From an uncultured Bacteroidales bacterium (GTDB taxonomy: Bacteria; Bacteroidota; Bacteroidia; Bacteroidales; GWA2-32-17): a stretch of 64,000 nucleotides of DNA. Under the pieces are notes generated by a model. It was given only the letters and a program-made list of their open reading frames with translations. It was not told the origin of the DNA and made no database searches. Of the stretch, positions 63,230-64,000 are shown in pieces. Both the position numbers and the translations under genes were made by a program. The DNA lies in assembly GCA_937960415.1 (NCBI GenBank), contig CALGPK010000009.1:16405-80404 (forward strand), given 5' to 3'. Within the stretch, counting starts at the first letter, position 1. Each line of letters starts with the position of its first letter.

Positions 63230-64000
63230 TTATGTAAAATATTTCTTAAAATGATCGAAAAAATTCTTATCTTTTTTAGCATTTTCGGGCTTAAAATTTT
63301 CTGATTCATCGAGTTTTTCGAGCAATTTTCTTTCTTCTTTTGAAATGTTGGTTGGGATGTAAACAACTACACGAACAATAAGGTCACCTCGCTGATAGCC
63401 ATGAACATCGGGTAGTCCCTTGCCTCTAATTCGCAGAAGTTTACCGGATGTTGTTCCTGGTTCAATTTTGAGTTTAATTTTTCCTCCATCGATGGATGGA
63501 ATTTCGGCTGTAGTGCCAAGTATAGCTTGAGGTACAGAGATAATAAGGTTATATATAAGATTGTTGTCTTCGCGAGTGAAATCGGGGTGTTTTTCTTCCT
63601 CAATTTGTATAATTAAGTCGCCGGGAATACCACCGTGTCGTGCAGCATTTCCCTTTCCCGACATGGAGAGTTGCATACCTTCTGCTACGCCGGCAGGTAT
63701 ATTGATAGTAATAATTTCTTCGCTGTGTACAATGCCTTCGCCTGCACAATGGCTGCATTTAGAGGTAATTATTTTACCTTCGCCATGACAGTTGGGACAT
63801 GGTGTGGTGCTTTGCATGTGTCCCAAAATGGTACGTGTAACACGAGTAACGTAGCCACTCCCATGGCATGTTTGACATGTACGATACGAATTACTATCTT
63901 TTGCACCTGTACCATGACAGTAGGGACAGGTTACTAGTTTTTTTACTTTTATTTTTTTTTCTACTCCGTTAAGAATCTCTTGATAATTGAGTTTAACGCG
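63230..64000 (-). CDS. dnaJ: Molecular chaperone DnaJ, C-terminal two-thirds (gene runs off the right edge)
   Basis: The frame stays open to nt 64000. My translation upstream of the ORF-track Met gives [27 protein letters not shown]...[10 protein letters not shown]...CSHCAGEG, i.e. four CxxCxGxG zinc-finger repeats. The DnaJ C-terminal beta-domains follow. Confidence 0.92.
   Translation of the reverse strand, partial: RVKLNYQEILNGVEKKIKVKKLVTCPYCHGTGAKDSNSYRTCQTCHGSGYVTRVTRTILGHMQSTTPCPNCHGEGKIITSKCSHCAGEGIVHSEEIITINIPAGVAEGMQLSMSGKGNAARHGGIPGDLIIQIEEEKHPDFTREDNNLIYNLIISVPQAILGTTAEIPSIDGGKIKLKIEPGTTSGKLLRIRGKGLPDVHGYQRGDLIVRVVVYIPTNISKEERKLLEKLDESENFKPENAKKDKNFFDHFKKYFT

Noticed and set aside
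1-64000. Search for tRNA/rRNA genes, CRISPR arrays, IS elements, integrases, prophage genes and flanking direct repeats
   Set aside because: No non-coding gap exceeds 270 bp and none looks like a structured RNA gene. No transposase, integrase or phage-like translations appear in the six-frame track. I conclude none is present, within the limits of inspection by eye.

Overview
AT-rich 64-kb chromosomal segment that is almost entirely coding (61 CDS, 2 of them cut by the window edges). I assign it to Bacteroidota, probably an anaerobe. The grounds are three cargo proteins with T9SS-type C-terminal sorting domains, recurring TAnnTTTG (-7 box) promoter motifs with no Shine-Dalgarno sequences, an rnfBCDGEA operon and ppdK. 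All functional calls come from motifs I recognise by eye. No homology search was run.

Most genes are housekeeping: purD, tadA, frr, ppdK, rpe, dapD, rpsO-pnp, folP, cdaA, tmk, sucC, rnfBCDGEA, ddl, pheT, aspS, rnhB and dnaJ. I see no rRNA, tRNA, CRISPR array, integrase, transposase or prophage signature. The longest non-coding gap is 270 bp, upstream of rnfB.

Several ORF-track starts are TTG/GTG or upstream-ATG over-extensions. I trimmed them using promoter boxes, terminators and family N-termini.

The best candidate for an undescribed system is a tightly packed minus-strand module at 3675..8222:
- an apparently exported tandem peptide-deformylase-like protein (degenerate domain plus intact domain);
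- a soluble SPFH/Band-7 protein ending in a GYF domain that is flanked by PPPIPP motifs;
- two paralogous membrane-anchored proteins, each with two zinc ribbons. This resembles the B. subtilis YdjI/YdjG arrangement, but no PspA is present in the window.

Secondary leads:
- an ECF sigma factor paired with an anti-sigma-like protein whose periplasmic part is a complete trypsin-like protease (23378..24997);
- an overlapping guanine-deaminase-like / Mpg glycosylase / macrodomain triad (28485..29975);
- a lipoprotein plus beta-barrel envelope pair (43380..46777);
- an exported protein of about two dozen MORN-variant repeats (55997..57760);
- visibly AT-richer orphan genes around a second PCMD-like T9SS cargo gene (57837..60577).
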